Shown here: positions 47,701 through 62,043 of the stretch, piece after piece
How the letters are laid out: every line of letters starts with the position of its first letter
Position numbering within the stretch: the first letter of the stretch is position 1
NCBI GenBank assembly: GCA_003427395.1
Contig: BFEA01000044.1
Coordinates: 3,450,967 to 3,514,966, forward strand
DNA: 64,000 bases
Direction: 5' to 3'
Origin: Chara braunii
Taxonomy: Eukaryota; Plantae; Charophyceae
The notes under the pieces: model-generated
The model's input: only the letters and a program-made list of their open reading frames with translations
The model's database searches: none
What the model was told of the DNA's origin: nothing
Program-made: the position numbers and the translations under genes

Positions 47701-50700
47701 AACCTGTGAATAAACCTGACAAAGGGCAGATCGTTCTGTAAGTTCAGGTGATCTAGCCCAATGCCACGCACAAATTGGGTCAGAAAGAAATGAATCAGGC
47801 AGAGAGCCGGACTGTTCTGTAAGTTCATGTGGTCTGATAAAAAGCCTCGCACATGCTAGAACCCAAAGGTTATAATTTGGTTATATTCTATTACTATCTT
47901 ACTTAAGAAAAGGCTAGTCACACTATTCTATAAGTTTAGGTAGTCTGACTATAGCCGTATCACGAACTGAAGAGAGTATTAATTAAGAATAAATTGGTGG
48001 TAAGATGGGGCAGACTGAACTTGAGTTTGGTTCAGTCATATGCAACCTTATAAGACTAGTCACATGCCCAAAGAAGAGAGAAGTAGTTGTGCCCTCTGTT
48101 TTGTGTATATTCAATGACTAAGGTAGGCATGTCCCATAAGTTGGGTTGGTCTGACTTTACGCCTTATGAAAGTTGGGTATAAGGGTCAAATCACTGAAAG
48201 ACTATGAACTATTATTTATCCAGATTTAATTGGGGCTGGCGAGAGCACTTACCTTCGTGGTTTGACCTGCATGTGGCTGAGTGAGATGACTACCTAATCT
48301 GAGTTTCAGTTTGGTAGGTAGTTGCTTTAGATGCTCGTCACGTGCTACAACGATAGGAGTTAGTTTCAATTCTTGCATTTTCTATGATAACTTTGTTTAC
48401 TTAGGTCAATTCTTGCATTTTCTGGGTTCATTTTTTTTATATACTTGACTTTGTATAAATTTTGGCAAGCTACTTTCTCTACGGGAAGCGCTGCCGAAAT
48501 TTCTAAAATTCGAAGGAGTTAGACTTGTCATAGTTCAACTTGACAATTTTTGCAATTTTTGGCAATTTTTGACTTGTCATAGTTCAACTTGTCTTTTCTT
48601 TATATATGACCTAGTAAAAATCTGGAAGGTCTCCTTTTCAAAAGAGAGTGCTGCCCAACTTTTTGCTAAATCAGGGAGTTAGACAAAATTGAACTTTCTT
48701 AGGATAGAGATGATTTCAGTGTTTACATTTGAGCTTGTATAAATTCTCGGAAGACACTTTTCCTACGGGAAGCGCTGCCGAAATTTTCTTAGTTCGACAG
48801 GTGGCGATTCTGGTAACCCACCCTGGATAGGGGAGATTATGCCATAATTCTACCTTTCTTTGGGCGCTGGCTTAGAGGTAAACTTAGACTTAGCTATTAG
48901 GAGATACTTTGAGAAAGATTGTGGTATGAGTATTATTCTTTAGGGGCTTATGGTTTTAGCATGGGGCGTTGACTTGTCTTGTGTTACAGGTCCTTTTGAT
49001 CGTTTGACTCAGGATTTGAACTAGTTTCAGTCTGATCCTACGAGGATCATTTTCTGTTATCACTGATAACAGGTCGGTTAGTTGATCGCCGACTTCTCGG
49101 ATCGCGACACAACTTTGCTTACACATGTACCTCAACTGAATTGCCTTGACCCTGTGATTTGATATGTTTCTTTGAGGGTTTTAACCGAACTTCTTTTAAA
49201 TGACCATTATAAAGAACTTATGAGACTTATGGATAGTTGGATTATGACTGGGGCTTGAGTGTTTGAGGCATGATGTGAGTTACAGAGAATAGTAGAGTTG
49301 GCCGTATTGGTGTATGGCAATGAGGCTATTGTGTGTGTCTGTGTTTTATGCAGGTTATTATTTTGAAGCTTGGTCTATGGGTCATGCTTTGGAGGCAGTG
49401 AGAGTGACAATCATGTGTCGCACGATCTGCATACCTGATGGGTCTATGTTTCCCCTTCTTTTGTTGTTATCTCGATATTTGATTTCATATATAAGTGGTG
49501 AGATGTTTATGTATTTATTGGATGATTTTGCTTGTTAATTTTTCTAGTTGGACGTTGTAGTCTATGACAACCGTCGAAGTAAAAACCCTTGACTTCTGTC
49601 CAGGCCTGGAGTGGGGCTCATCTCAAGGGTAGTAAGAAACGACTACCACCACAGGTATGGACCTGTGTACCACCCACTCTGCACAGGGTGCAGAAGAGGG
49701 TGTGTGGTCTTCAACCGCGCATGGTGGTTGTTCAGCGTCGAGAGATTAACCCTCAAAGCGCGTGTCAGCCGACACTTGAGCGTCGAACGCGACCCTCGAG
49801 ATTAACGAGGACCGCATGAGTATGGGTACTGCATATTACGCCATCATTGTGATCGCTTATGTACGCTTGCATTGCGAATCGATATGAGTTAACCCTGCAT
49901 CCGCGCGGTTTTATATCAAGCCTCGCGCGACGCCTATCCGATTTCCGCATTGGAAAGTTATGGGATGACTACTAAGGGACTAGATGTGTTGTCTCGTTGT
50001 TTGATGTGTGTGTGTGTGTGTGTTTTATTTTTGTGTTCGTAATGTGGTGTATGCGTGGTGGGTGGGATACGTCCTAGTCGACCGACGCCAAGTCATGCTT
50101 GGGACCTCAGCCCCCCAAGATGTCGGTTCACGTGCGGGTCCGATAGAGGTGTACTACCGCGCGTACCCCCTATGCTACAGCGAACGAGAAATGCCATCGG
50201 CTGGTCCACCTCTGCGATTGCAACTGATCAACTTTTGTATTGTGAACTGGTAGCTCGGCGGGGATACGCCCACCGAAGTGACAACTCCTGTAAGGTGAAG
50301 GTAAGTCGTGCCTCGCGTAGGCGCTATCCTGTCGTAGGGGCTCGTAGGAGGTATGGCTGGCGCACTCGGCCGGAGCGGTTTGCGGAAGCTCCATGTATAT
50401 ATTCGCGACGAGGAAATAGACCAACTACTGCGTGACGTGGCCGGGAGGGTCCCGCGCTGCCCTGTGCGGTGCCGCACCGATGCGCTCGACAGCGCCATTT
50501 CGCTGAACATTGCATGTGAGCTGTGTTGACTCTGGAGAAATGGCTTGGAAACGTACTGGCCGCTTAATGCAATACTCTTTGCTAGTGAGACTGCACCCCT
50601 GGTTTTATGGCTGAATGTAGTCTTTGAAAACAATTTTTTTTGTTCTTCCTTTTTTCTTTTTGTTTTTTCGTTTGAAGTAGAGAGAACCCCTAAGGGCCAT

Positions 50701-52036
50701 AACTTTATTGTATTTGAACAGATGATTGCTTTGTCAAGAGTTGCATGCATGCAGTAGTTAGCCGCCAGGCAGGAACGTGGCATGTGACTTTTTAGCCCTC
50801 GTACAAGCAGTGGTTTTGAAAATGGAAAAAAATGGCAATGTATCAAACATAAGAGACAAACTGCTGTGTGTGGACATATTAAGGATAGAGGGTACGCAAC
50901 TTGTGTGCTCGAACCTTCCCTGCAATCCATTATCTTTCCTAAAAACCACACATGAAATGGAACAAGAATGACGAGAGTCAAACAGAGGAAAGTAACAGAA
51001 AATGATAAATAGAAAAGACAGGATATTTTTACTCCTATGTGCCTCTTGCAGACGCGCTAAGAATAGACGACCCAAAGGTTGTGTGTGTTCGAAGCCTTCC
51101 CACCAACCATGACCTTTACCACAAACGGCTGATTTGTAAGTCCGAAGGCCGGATCCTAAGAGAGAGGTGAGGGCCGAGCCTGAAAAATTAGGGAGACCCA
51201 AGTTTGGGATGCGAGTACAATGTTGGGGTCCGCAGATCGGGGCCAGGGCGGTTTTCAAAACTGTTCCCAATGTATTTACGCATCAAACTTCAAAGTTCCT
51301 GTTTTCATGTTGTGGGCCACATCCAGGCCTTTTACACACAATAGCCTGGCAACATCCCGGGCAAGGGTCCCGTTTTCCCGTTTATGCAGATGCTACGTTT
51401 TGGCCGTTGATCCTTGTTGCAATGTATGTCCCGATCTTACAATTCAGACAAGTGGGACCTCGTGCCTGGATACTTGCTAGTGAAGTCTTAGTCCTGCAGT
51501 GTTATTGGGGATTCGAGGGCTGATTGGGCTGTCAAACGTGCCGCATCCTCAGGGCTCGACCTACTGAACAGAAATGGCTCATGGCACCAGGCAAGAAGAT
51601 AGGTACGAGTCCCTGCCTCGGTAGCAAAACCAGATATCCGGCACACTCATTAAGGATGAAGTCTCCTGATTAATTTCGGATGTGGGAAATAGGGCCCTGT
51701 GTAAAATAGTGCAAGGAAAATGAGCAATAGCGAGATGACAATATCCAGATTGTACAATCACATTGAAAGCCAGAGAGTATCACAATGTCCAAAAAGCAGC
51801 ATTGCACCAGTATTAACACTGAAACCCAAATGTCAATGAGAGCTTGCTCTCGCCACCACCAACATAAGTGTCCAGGCCATTCTCCCTACTTGGCGCTCTA
51901 CGCCCAGCCTACTTCCTACACAGCTACTGTCTGCCTACTAATTGACAATGCAACTGTTGACGTCAGCAACAGCCCAAGAAGTACTTGAAGATGTCGCCCA
52001 ATGCAGACTATTGCCAATGCGAGGTATGTGCCCTCA

Positions 52037-52072
<36 letters not shown>

Positions 52073-52299
52073 TATCTCTCTCTCCCTTGACTTACACCCA
52101 CGTCTTTCCTCTGTACACCCGAAGACCACCGCTGCGCCTCACTGTAGTCCAAGCCCCAGCCAGTTATGGATGCTGGGCTATGGCGCTGCTAAGGGCAGCG
52201 CCCTCACTCACACATGACCGCACGTGCTTGCACCTTGCCTCTCAGTGCCAGCAGCAGCCCATGACCGTCGGCTCCAGCAGCGCTGCCGCTAGCATGCAA

Positions 52300-55200
52300 G
52301 TGCTTGAATGCCTACCCAACCAGCGAGCTCTTTCCTATATGGAAAAGCCTGCCTCCCCCGGCGGCCTGGCTGGCCTGGGCCTCTGCCCAGAAGCTTCCGG
52401 TAGGCCCTAGGAGGCTGTGCCTCCGATGCAGCTGCTGGGCCTCCCACCACCGCCGCCACTTCCTGGATCTCGGGCACTCCCACCATAGGTGCTGCATTGT
52501 CTATGGTGCTTCCTGACACCTATCGCAAAGTACTCTCACTTCCATGCCTTTGTCGGATAGCCACTGGGACGTCAGGACCGCCAGGTGGGATTGTAACGAC
52601 AGGAGTGATGCAACTTTTCGTGAAGGGAGCGCTTGAAGCTGTGACCAGGGTCTTGAAACCTCCGATTCCGATGGTGGAATCAGATGGGGCACCTGCCGTG
52701 ACCACCGACTGGCCACCTTGCGGCAGATGGGCACCGATTGTGCTCTTCGCTTAAGGACTAGGCTCGCGTTTAACTTCTCAAGCCCCATTACCACTGATTC
52801 CTCCACTTGCCAGCACCAGACAGCTGGATCCATCCTCATATTTTGGAGGTCAGTTCCATTTCCAACCAAAACTGGGATCAGTGGAAAACCCTTCTCCCTG
52901 GGAGGTGTCAACCCCACCCTCACTTCCTTCAAGCCCGCCAGGCCATATTGAAAGCGCATTCCAAACCTTTCCAACGTTGGGAGGTTTGGGAGAGCCCTTT
53001 TGTAGGTTTCCAGCCAACATTTTCCCGATTGGTCCTTCGTCCAACTCTCCAGCCTACAGAACTCCTCCGGGTCCCCCGTGTCTGCAACAAACCAGGTCCG
53101 CGGTGGGTCCGTTTCGTTCAGCCCCAGTAACTGCTTCCAAGCTGCTGGGATCGCTTGCAGCAGCTGTCGCAGTCGAAGTTCCTGATTCGGGAGCTGGCCC
53201 AAAGTCTCCTTCAACTGGACCGGCGATATCCACTGGTTAGAAAATTCGTCCCAGAGGTCGCCTACCAATGCGATGCCTTTCCATAGCCAAATCTGTCCAA
53301 AGTTTCCTGTTTGTCTTTCCAGCGAAAACAACTTCCCGTCCAAGTCTCTGATCTGAGTGTTCTCAAAAAGGTGTTGGCGCTTCACCTCCCCCTTGGACTA
53401 TGGCGCCTGATTTAAGGTTGGTATGCACTCCCTCCACGCTTGCAGGACCTCCCTCCAGAACTTGGGCCTGGGCCGTTTACAAGTGTAGGTGTCCGTCATG
53501 ATTGCTATCCAGATGTCTGAGGTGCGGGCAAAGTCCCATTCCTCAGATAGCAACGTTTCTGCCAACAAAATCCAGTATGTTCTCTCTTCCGCCTCGGCCA
53601 CCCAGGTCAACCATTTTGCTAGTAGCGTCGTGTTTTGGGCTGTCGGATCTATCAGTGAGAGTGGCCCCTCGCTCCGAGGCCTGCACACTGTGTCCCAGGC
53701 GACTTTGCAGATGTGCCCCTCTCCACTTCACCAGTGGGCTTCCAAATAAATCTTCGGGCCACCCCTCTCACTGTTTTTAACATTGGAACAGAGAGCTTAG
53801 AGACTGCAGCCACATACCACAGAAGGACAAAGGCTGAAGCCATGATTGCCAGCGCTCGACCGATAAGCGAGAGATGATATGCCGTACCCCAACTTTTAAT
53901 CCTTTTGGAAACCTTCTCTTGCAAGATCAGTTCTTGTGATGTCGTGCAGTCCCCAAGTCCTACTTGTACCCCCAAGAAACGCTGTGCTTGGTCTGGTGCT
54001 ACCCGTTCCATCCTCCACTGGACTGTTGGGGCGTAGGCTCGGGGGAGGACGAAACTAGACTTCTTCCAATTCACCACGGCTTCTGACAAACGTGCAAATT
54101 TTGTGAGGCAAGTCTCGAGGGCTTCCAGCGAAGATGCTTGGTTTTGCGGAGATGACAAACAGATCGTCGGCTAGCGCCTTTACCCGGCTCTCTCCCCCGT
54201 TGCACATACGCAGTCCTTCGATCTTTGGATGGCAGCAGATGTTACACAGGAGAGGCTCCAAGTGCAGCACAAATAGGAGCGGTGCCAGGGAGCAGCCCTA
54301 TCGCAAGGATCTTGTCAGAGCAAATTCCTCTGAAATTATCCCATTCACGCAAACTGCTGCTGACGCGTGGCTGTACATGACTTTTACCCATCTGCAGAAG
54401 GAGTCACTGAAGCCGACACACCATAAGGTGGTCAATACAAACGTCCAGTTGACTCTATCGTACACTTTCTCGAGATGTAACAACATGACGGCCACATCCA
54501 GATCTCCTTTGTTGATGATTTCCAAGGCCTCGATTGTTGTGACAACGTTCTCAAAAAATAGATCTGCCCCGTACGAACGTGCCCTCGTCCTGCTGTACCA
54601 AACTTGGCAGATAGTTAACAAGTCTATTGGCCAATAATTTTGCCAACAATTTGTACACTACATTTAGCAGTGAAATGGGCCGCCAATTCCTTATGTCATT
54701 CCAGTCTCATTTCTTGAAGAGTAGTGAGATAATCCCCCTGGTCATAGTCTTGGCTAGCCTCCCTTCATCCCGAACGCCATTGAAGAGTTCCACCAAATCC
54801 CTCACCACCACGTCCCAGCATGCTTCGAAGAACTCAACTGGCAGTCCATCATACCGCAAGGCCTTGCCCCGGGCCATGCACCTCAGAGTCGTGGTGAACT
54901 CCTCTTCTGTAACTGACCTGTCCAACAGTAACCTTCCCTCTTACGGTAACTTACAACTCATGTTGTTCAAAACTGAAGACTCCTCGGCCACATTGTCATC
55001 CAAGTCGTCGAATGGTCGCCTCGTTGTCATTATGTCTTGAAAGTAATCCACCGCGTATCCGCACATCTCCTGATTGGATGAGGCTATTGGTTTACCCAGC
55101 AGATGAGGGTGTTTTGATTCCCTCATTTGACAGCCGGTGTGAGGTAATGATTCCTTTTGGCCTCTACAAGCTTCGCCCTCCATTGTTGCTGGCGGATCTG

Positions 55201-55600
55201 GAATTTCTCACACTCCAAAAGCCTCTCCAAGCTTTCCTCTGCCCATAACAAATCCGAGATTGGGTTACCTCCCAACATTCCCTCCGCCTCCTCCACCCGA
55301 AGCCGTAGCATTGATTCCTCTTTATTGTGGAGAAACGCAACGATCTTAGAGAACGAGTCTAACTTCAGTGAGATTATCCGCAGGCCTGCGTCCAACCAGT
55401 CATCCGTCGAGGAGAATAAGTGTTTAGCCTGGTTCCACCCAAACTAAAATTCCGCAGTCATGATGTAATTCCGACATCTGAGAGGAGCCCTGTTTTAAAC
55501 CGGAAGTAACATGGTTCTCTCTCCCCTACCTCTGTCGCCACGCACTTCATGACAATTGGTTTGTGGTCTGCAGCGGAAACTTCTGCACTTTGATGTCCAT
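52300..55600 (-). mobile_element. Decayed L1-clade LINE, same broad family as 9205-11990; endonuclease truncated at the LTR
   Basis: ADHKPI (end of endonuclease), DGLPVEFF, LEKVYDRVNW, KALADDL, CDRCQ...QHLWWECP. Confidence 0.88.
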
Positions 55601-55605
55601 CATGT

Positions 55606-56600
55606 TGTTGGACAAAATACCCTTATAAGGGTATTTTGCCATGTCTTTGCATTCGACACGGTGGCTGCGTCGGCTACCGTGACGTAGCCAGTCTGGAATG
55701 AAGGGGGTGTGCACGCTTGGCGTGACACTGAAAGCAAATTCCTCGGCCACTGAGGCCGGGGCAAAATCGGTGAGAAAAATTCGTTAAGTGTGTGCGCGCG
55801 TTGTTATGACGCACACTGTGGTGATTAGGATCAGTAGTAATACCCCTCGACAGAAGAGGTCGAAGGGTCAGTTGGGCTGATGATTGTGTCAGGGAGGTCT
55901 ATGACACGCACTGAGACTTGGTCTAGTGCCTGTCTTCCCTCCGGTACTAGGTGTTCTAAAAATTTCAAGCTTTGTCTTTCCCTACTCAGCCTCCGAGTCA
56001 AGTACGCCGCGTCTACCTCGATATGGTGAGGTACCAACCTACCTACTACTTGAAAATTGTCCGTCACGCTTAGGGTGTAACGGATCTTTTCCGCTACGTG
56101 AGTGTTTTTCCGTCGTGACCTTGGATGTCGCGACCATAACTAGGCATGGGCCTACCCGCCACCAGAATGTTCTCGTCGCAGCCCTCTAACGGCGTGGCCA
56201 CGACTAAGTGCCGGGCCTTCTGGCCTACCAGTCCACTAAGTACCCTTGTGGTCGATCGCGTACTCAAACTGACGAAAATATGGACGGGCACGCTGACTTG
56301 CAAACGTCCACTCTCTCACAGACTAAGAAAAGACAAACAACGATGTATACTTATAGGAAGGGGGCGCTCTACCACACCGTGGTAAGAGCTAGCACAGTAG
56401 GTAAAGGCACAGATTGATATACAGGAGGTATTAGGATCGAATCCGACCTGCCTCCGGGCTAGCTCTTTTGCTAGCAGTAAGGGGCAGGGCCTGCATTTTT
56501 CACCCGCCCTCGGTAGGGCGGGGTTCGAACCCACGACCTTACAAGTAGGAGTTAGTAAAGTTAGTTGTTAGTTAGAACCGAATGTCGTGGGGCTCCGACA
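55606..56600 (+). mobile_element. LTR (TGTTGGA...TCCGACA), possibly a 5' LTR with a following PBS-like TGGCG
   Basis: Imperfect inverted TG...CA termini; begins with the palindrome CAAAATACCCTTATAAGGGTATTTTG, as the 37902/43693 LTRs do; no clear TSD. Confidence 0.6.
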
Positions 56601-56927
56601 CTTGGCGAAGTAGGGGTGAATCATAAGGTTGAATTGCGTTAGATTCGTTGTTTCAGTTTTGATTTTTCTTTTACTTTTTTTTTTTTTCCCCCTCGACGGC
56701 CTACCTGCCCCGAGGTGCCCAAATGAATCACGCCCCGATATTGGGGCGGATTCACCTAGTAAGGAGCCAACCGACTGCGCCTGGTAGGACTCCGTAGTGG
56801 GTACGGGGCTTCAAGCTCGGCCTGCTCGGTACTATTCCGCGTCCTCGAGAAGGCCAGATCGCGAGAAAGGGGTAGCGCGCGGAAGGCAGGGCGCAGAAGG
56901 AGGAGAACGCGCGAGAAGAAGAAGAAG

Positions 56928-56959
<32 letters not shown>

Positions 56960-58905
56960 GGAGGAGAGGGAGTAAGGGAAATGGGTTCGTCGCGACAGGG
57001 AAGATTGTTGTAATTATCGATCTTGGAAGAGGAATGCCCAGTAAGCACGAATCATCGGCTCGTGCTGGTTACGTCCCTGTCCGTTGCACACACCTCCGTC
57101 GCACCTACCGATTGAATGGTTCGGTGAAGTGTATGGATGGTGGTGACCTCGGCGGTTACCGTAGGGAGCGCCGAAGAAGGTTCGTTGAACCTTATCGTTT
57201 AGAGAAAGAGGAAGGAAGAGAAGGAGAAAGAAGGGAGAAAGGAGGAGAAGAAGAAAGGAGGGGGAGGAGAAAAGGAGGGGAAATATACTTACCTGAACGT
57301 GTGGCCAGGCAGTGACGACGCCGACGGATTGAAGAAGACGACTCCGATTCCGACGACGGGGGAGCGAGAGAAAGGACGGGTAAGTCTCCTTCCTCGCAAC
57401 TAATCCCCGATGCTCCCCTCGATAGGATGAGCAAAGTAAACAAATAAATAAATAAATAAAAATCGAATGAATATGTTCATGTTTCTGCGGAAGATTCATT
57501 CCGTTTTTGTTCATCTATCGATGTGTGTATTGATGTGTGTGTGTATGTGTGTGAGAGAGAAAGAGTGAGAGAGGAGAGAGAGAGAGTGTTCATCTTCTTC
57601 CTCCTCTAGGTCCAACGTCTCTCCCTCACCCTCTCGCCACATGACTTCTCAGTATCAGCAGACCACGATAGAGAGAAAGAGAGAGTTGCGACTTGAGACT
57701 TGACGACATTGGATCCAGACTCGACCTTGGGATTCGGACATGTGATGAGGGAATATATGGGTCCGTACCGAAGATTGGGTGTTGACGACAGTCGCATTCT
57801 TCCTTTTTCTTCGTCTGATCCCCTCCTTTCGCCTGTTCCTATCCTCTTCGTCAGTATATGTCTGACCTGGCGCCGCCTTCCTGATTATTGCGCTAGGCCC
57901 CTTCACACCATGGAATGGTGAGGATAATGTATGTTCGGGGCGACATTGCAATATTGATTGTTCGGATCATCGATATCTAAGTCTTTCGCTACGTTATCTC
58001 GTACTTTGTACGAGAGGTCGATTCTTGCCTTGATCTGTACCTTTACAGTATACAACCGCGTATGAGTGTGTATAAGAAAGAGAAGGAGAGAAGGAGGGAA
58101 AGGAGATCGGAGAGGGACAGAGAAAGAAGGAGAGAGAAGGAGGGAAAGGAGATCGAAGAAGGAGAGAGAAAGGAGATCAAAGAAGGGGAGAAGGAGAGAG
58201 AGGGAGACGATACTTCTCCGACCTTGGCCAACAACCAAGTCTCTATCCCCACGACTCACTGTGCACTACTCGGATCGATGGAACGAGCAAATAAAAAAGG
58301 GGCAGTGTATATTGCCCCCTTTCAGCGAAAGATTCATTCCTCTCGTGCTATCAATGGAATGCGTGGGTGTTGGACGTTCATGATACGACCAAGGTGGAGT
58401 GAGTATGTGTGTATGTGAGCCTTCAACCCCGTGGCTGGCAACATGATACACTGCCATGCTCGTTTTGTATTTGTGTGCGTGTTGCGGGGAGCTCACGACA
58501 TTTCCGTTGATAGCTGAGCAAAATTGAATGAATCTGCCGCTAGAACATGGAAATATGCACTACTGTTTGAGTACACATGAGTGTGTGTTGATCTCGCTAC
58601 GGAGTGCATGGTACTTTCATCGGCAGGACGAGCGAAATCGATGGAATCTATCGCTAGAACACAGTAGCCTACACCACTACTGCTTATGGATGCACGAGCA
58701 TGTATGTACGAGGGTGTGTACGTGAGTACGTGTGTGGGTGTGTGTGTATAAGAGTGAAACCAGAGAATTCTCGCCTGGACAGCCGATTTCCCGTCAAACT
58801 CCAAACATGTATCTGATTAAAACGATAAGTAGCATTCATTTATTATTATTATTATTATTATTACTATTATTATTATTATTTTTTTTTCGTTGTTCTTCTT
58901 GGTGA

Positions 58906-58944
<39 letters not shown>

Positions 58945-60142
58945 TACTATTACTATTTGCCTTGCCTACCTACCACATGCGCAGAGAGAAAACGTGCGGG
59001 AACGATGATGCAATCGCCGGTAGCATCCTGAGGTTGGCCGTCATCCATCCGGCTTGCTGAAACGCACGCTTGGGCAGTTCGTGTTCCTCATGTTGTGGTC
59101 ACGGTCTGTTGCGTATCGTGTCGGATCGTGTTACAGAATGCATTGAGTTTGGTTAGCAGGCAATGGCAAGGAGAGAGATGTAGAGAGAGAGTTCTTCTTC
59201 TTCCTTTCCGTCCACCATCTTCTTCTCCCCTCTCAACACCTGACTTCGCTGCATATGCAGACTACGAGAAAAGAGGGAGAGAGTTTGGCGACATCGGGTC
59301 TAGACTCGACTTGGGACTTCAGACATGGCAACGAGGGATTATTTGGGATTGATGACAAAGACATGGTGTTGACGGCATTCCCATCTCTCCCTTCCGATCA
59401 TCTAACCCCTCCCTCTTCGTCTGTGTATGTCTGAACCTGACGCTTCTTCCTGCATACAGCGCCGGGCTCCGTCACCCTGGTGATGGAAAGGATGTGTGTT
59501 TGGTCTGAGTCCAAACATTGATTAGGCTCGTTATTAGCCTTCTAACATTCTGTTTCGCTACTCCGTACTACGAGAGTGAGGTCATTCCCGGTCAAGGTCT
59601 GTCTTTGTATCTAAATCTTCCCTGCGCTGTTCATGACCGTCAGGCATGTATGAACATGCGCATTGCTGGGCGAGATCTGTTTGCACCGCATTGTCCATTC
59701 GGCCCGCTCATCACATTGAAGATCCTCGGATATTACGTACGTCACGTATCTATGCATGGCGAAGGATGATGATGATGATGATGGTGATGACGATGGTGAG
59801 GGTGATGATGATGTGTGAACACATACCTGTATTGGCGATGGTCTGCATGGGCGGCATCTTCAAGTACTTCAGATCGCCGCTGATGACAACAGTTGTATTG
59901 TCGGTTGTACGCTGTAGTAGCCATGTAGGAGTAGGCAAGGATGCAGGGCGGACAAACGAAGAGGAGCCATTTGGATACTACGTTGTGTGACTTACGGGCT
60001 TGAACATTGACCATTACTTCGTTGTACTGCTCTATGTGGATGGCTCTCGGCGCATTTGTACTCTCTGCTTGCAGATACTTGGACATCTATGTGAGTTCGC
60101 AACTTGGGTTTCTGTGTGTCGTTCACACTCACATTCCTTGCA

Positions 60143-60179
<37 letters not shown>

Positions 60180-61526
60180 GAACAATCAGGCTTGCGTACT
60201 TCTTCACTTGGCATGCATACAAACAGATGGCGATTCACACTGGCACAATGCGCCTGCAACAAGTTCATAAGTATGGAAACTAAGGACACAGCTCAGATGC
60301 GAACCCGCTTCAACTAACTATGGTGCATCAACACCCATACATCGAAACCCTCATCACTGTGTCCAACATCACTGCTCGCTCACACTTCAACTCCGGATCA
60401 CCCTGGATGCCCCACGCACATACGCTGCGACACACGCACTCATACACGATGAAAACGCACACACAGATGATGTGACGCACGCAGGTAGATGCAGTGACAC
60501 ATACACCCACCGTGACGCAGCCCTGCATAGCGACGCGGCTATACACAGTCGGTGGCACAGTCACGCGCACAGTGATGCGCACAGGGAAGACACTCATAGT
60601 CATGCACAGTCAGGTACTCAGATGCCCGATACAAGCACAGTAGCACGTCGATGCATTTTCCGGGCATCTGCGGACCACCTTGGCAGCAGCGCAGCATCAA
60701 GCAAGTAGCCCAGCAGCGTTTCCCAATGCCAGCACTGGCCAGAATGCCTGACCTGGGCTGCCCTTCTTCTTCTGTAGAAATGACAGCTTGTTGAATGCTA
60801 CGTATGGCCAGGCTGGGAGCTTCCAGAAGCTTCCGGTTGGGTCCCAGACCCTGCGCCAGGTCCCGAGTCTACGGTTAGGGGCCTGGGCCCTTGTGCAGCT
60901 AGGCACGTCCTGAGTCTCAGGACTTGGGCTGTTGGCTGCATGTGTGCAGAATTTCCAGGCAGGTGCGTGTGCACTACTGTTTTGCCAAGGCCGAAGGCCT
61001 GCATCCCAATACATTGGCCCCGCTTGTGTATGTATGCCTGGGCCAACTGAATGACGCAGCAAGCGTGCGGCGTTAGCCGCTATCCGTTCGCACTTCGAGA
61101 GCTGTTGTCGTCATCTTCAGCATTGTAGATCAGGCCAGATAGGATGTGTTGTCTGTAGTCTGGGCGATGAGCGGCAGGTAGGATACCGACCTTGGGTCGG
61201 TAATGATGATGATGATGATGTACGGGTACTCGCCCTGTATTGGTGATGGTCTGCTTGAGCGATATCTTTAAGTACTTCGGGTTGCCGCTGATGTCAACTG
61301 TTGCGTTGTCTGTTCGTAGGATGTGGTAGCTATGTAGGGGTAGGTTGGGCACTGAGCCCCAAGTAGGAAAGTGAAAGGACTCGACTCTTGTGATGGTGAG
61401 GGAGAGCATGCTCTCCTCGATATTGATTCTCAGTACTACGAACCTCGTTAGTGCAATACTACTCTCTGGACACAGAGTGATGGTGTAATCTGGAGTTGTC
61501 GTCTCGCTATTGTTTGAATTTCGTTG

Positions 61527-61587
<61 letters not shown>

Positions 61588-62010
61588 GGATGCATAGGGG
61601 TCCTTAGGAGCTTGTGACATCTCTGTGTGGAGGATCGAAGTTGGGAGTAAGGCGAGGCACATACCTGGCACTGGAGGCACGCGACATTGGTCGCTGAATG
61701 ATCGTACTTCGGGGAAAGTGTTGTTGACAATTTCGGCATTAAAACACAAGCTAGACAGGATCTACCGTATGTAGTCTGGGCGCAGAGCACCAGATAGGAT
61801 AACAACATAGGTTCTCCCTTGACGGTGATGAGACTGTTCCGGTATTGTCAACTGTGAACTTGTTGTGCCCTTATTTGGAGCTGATTGTGATGTGATTCTG
61901 CTATTGGTTGAGATCACGACTATCTGGTCTGCGTATATTATGTTGTGTGGATTGCTGCTATTTGTCTCCCCTTGTATAGTACTATAATTATAATTATAAT
62001 TATAATTATA

Positions 62011-62043
<33 letters not shown>

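Noticed and set aside
45600-50520. A further LTR retrotransposon (possible minus-strand gag remnant ~45950-47070, possible LTR from TGACAAC at ~49565)
   Set aside because: No paired LTR, TSD or diagnostic protein motif could be established by eye.
56510-56550. tRNA gene on the minus strand (GGTCGTGGGTTCGAACCCC)
   Set aside because: Only a T-arm/B-box-like half is present, inside an LTR; no D arm or A box.
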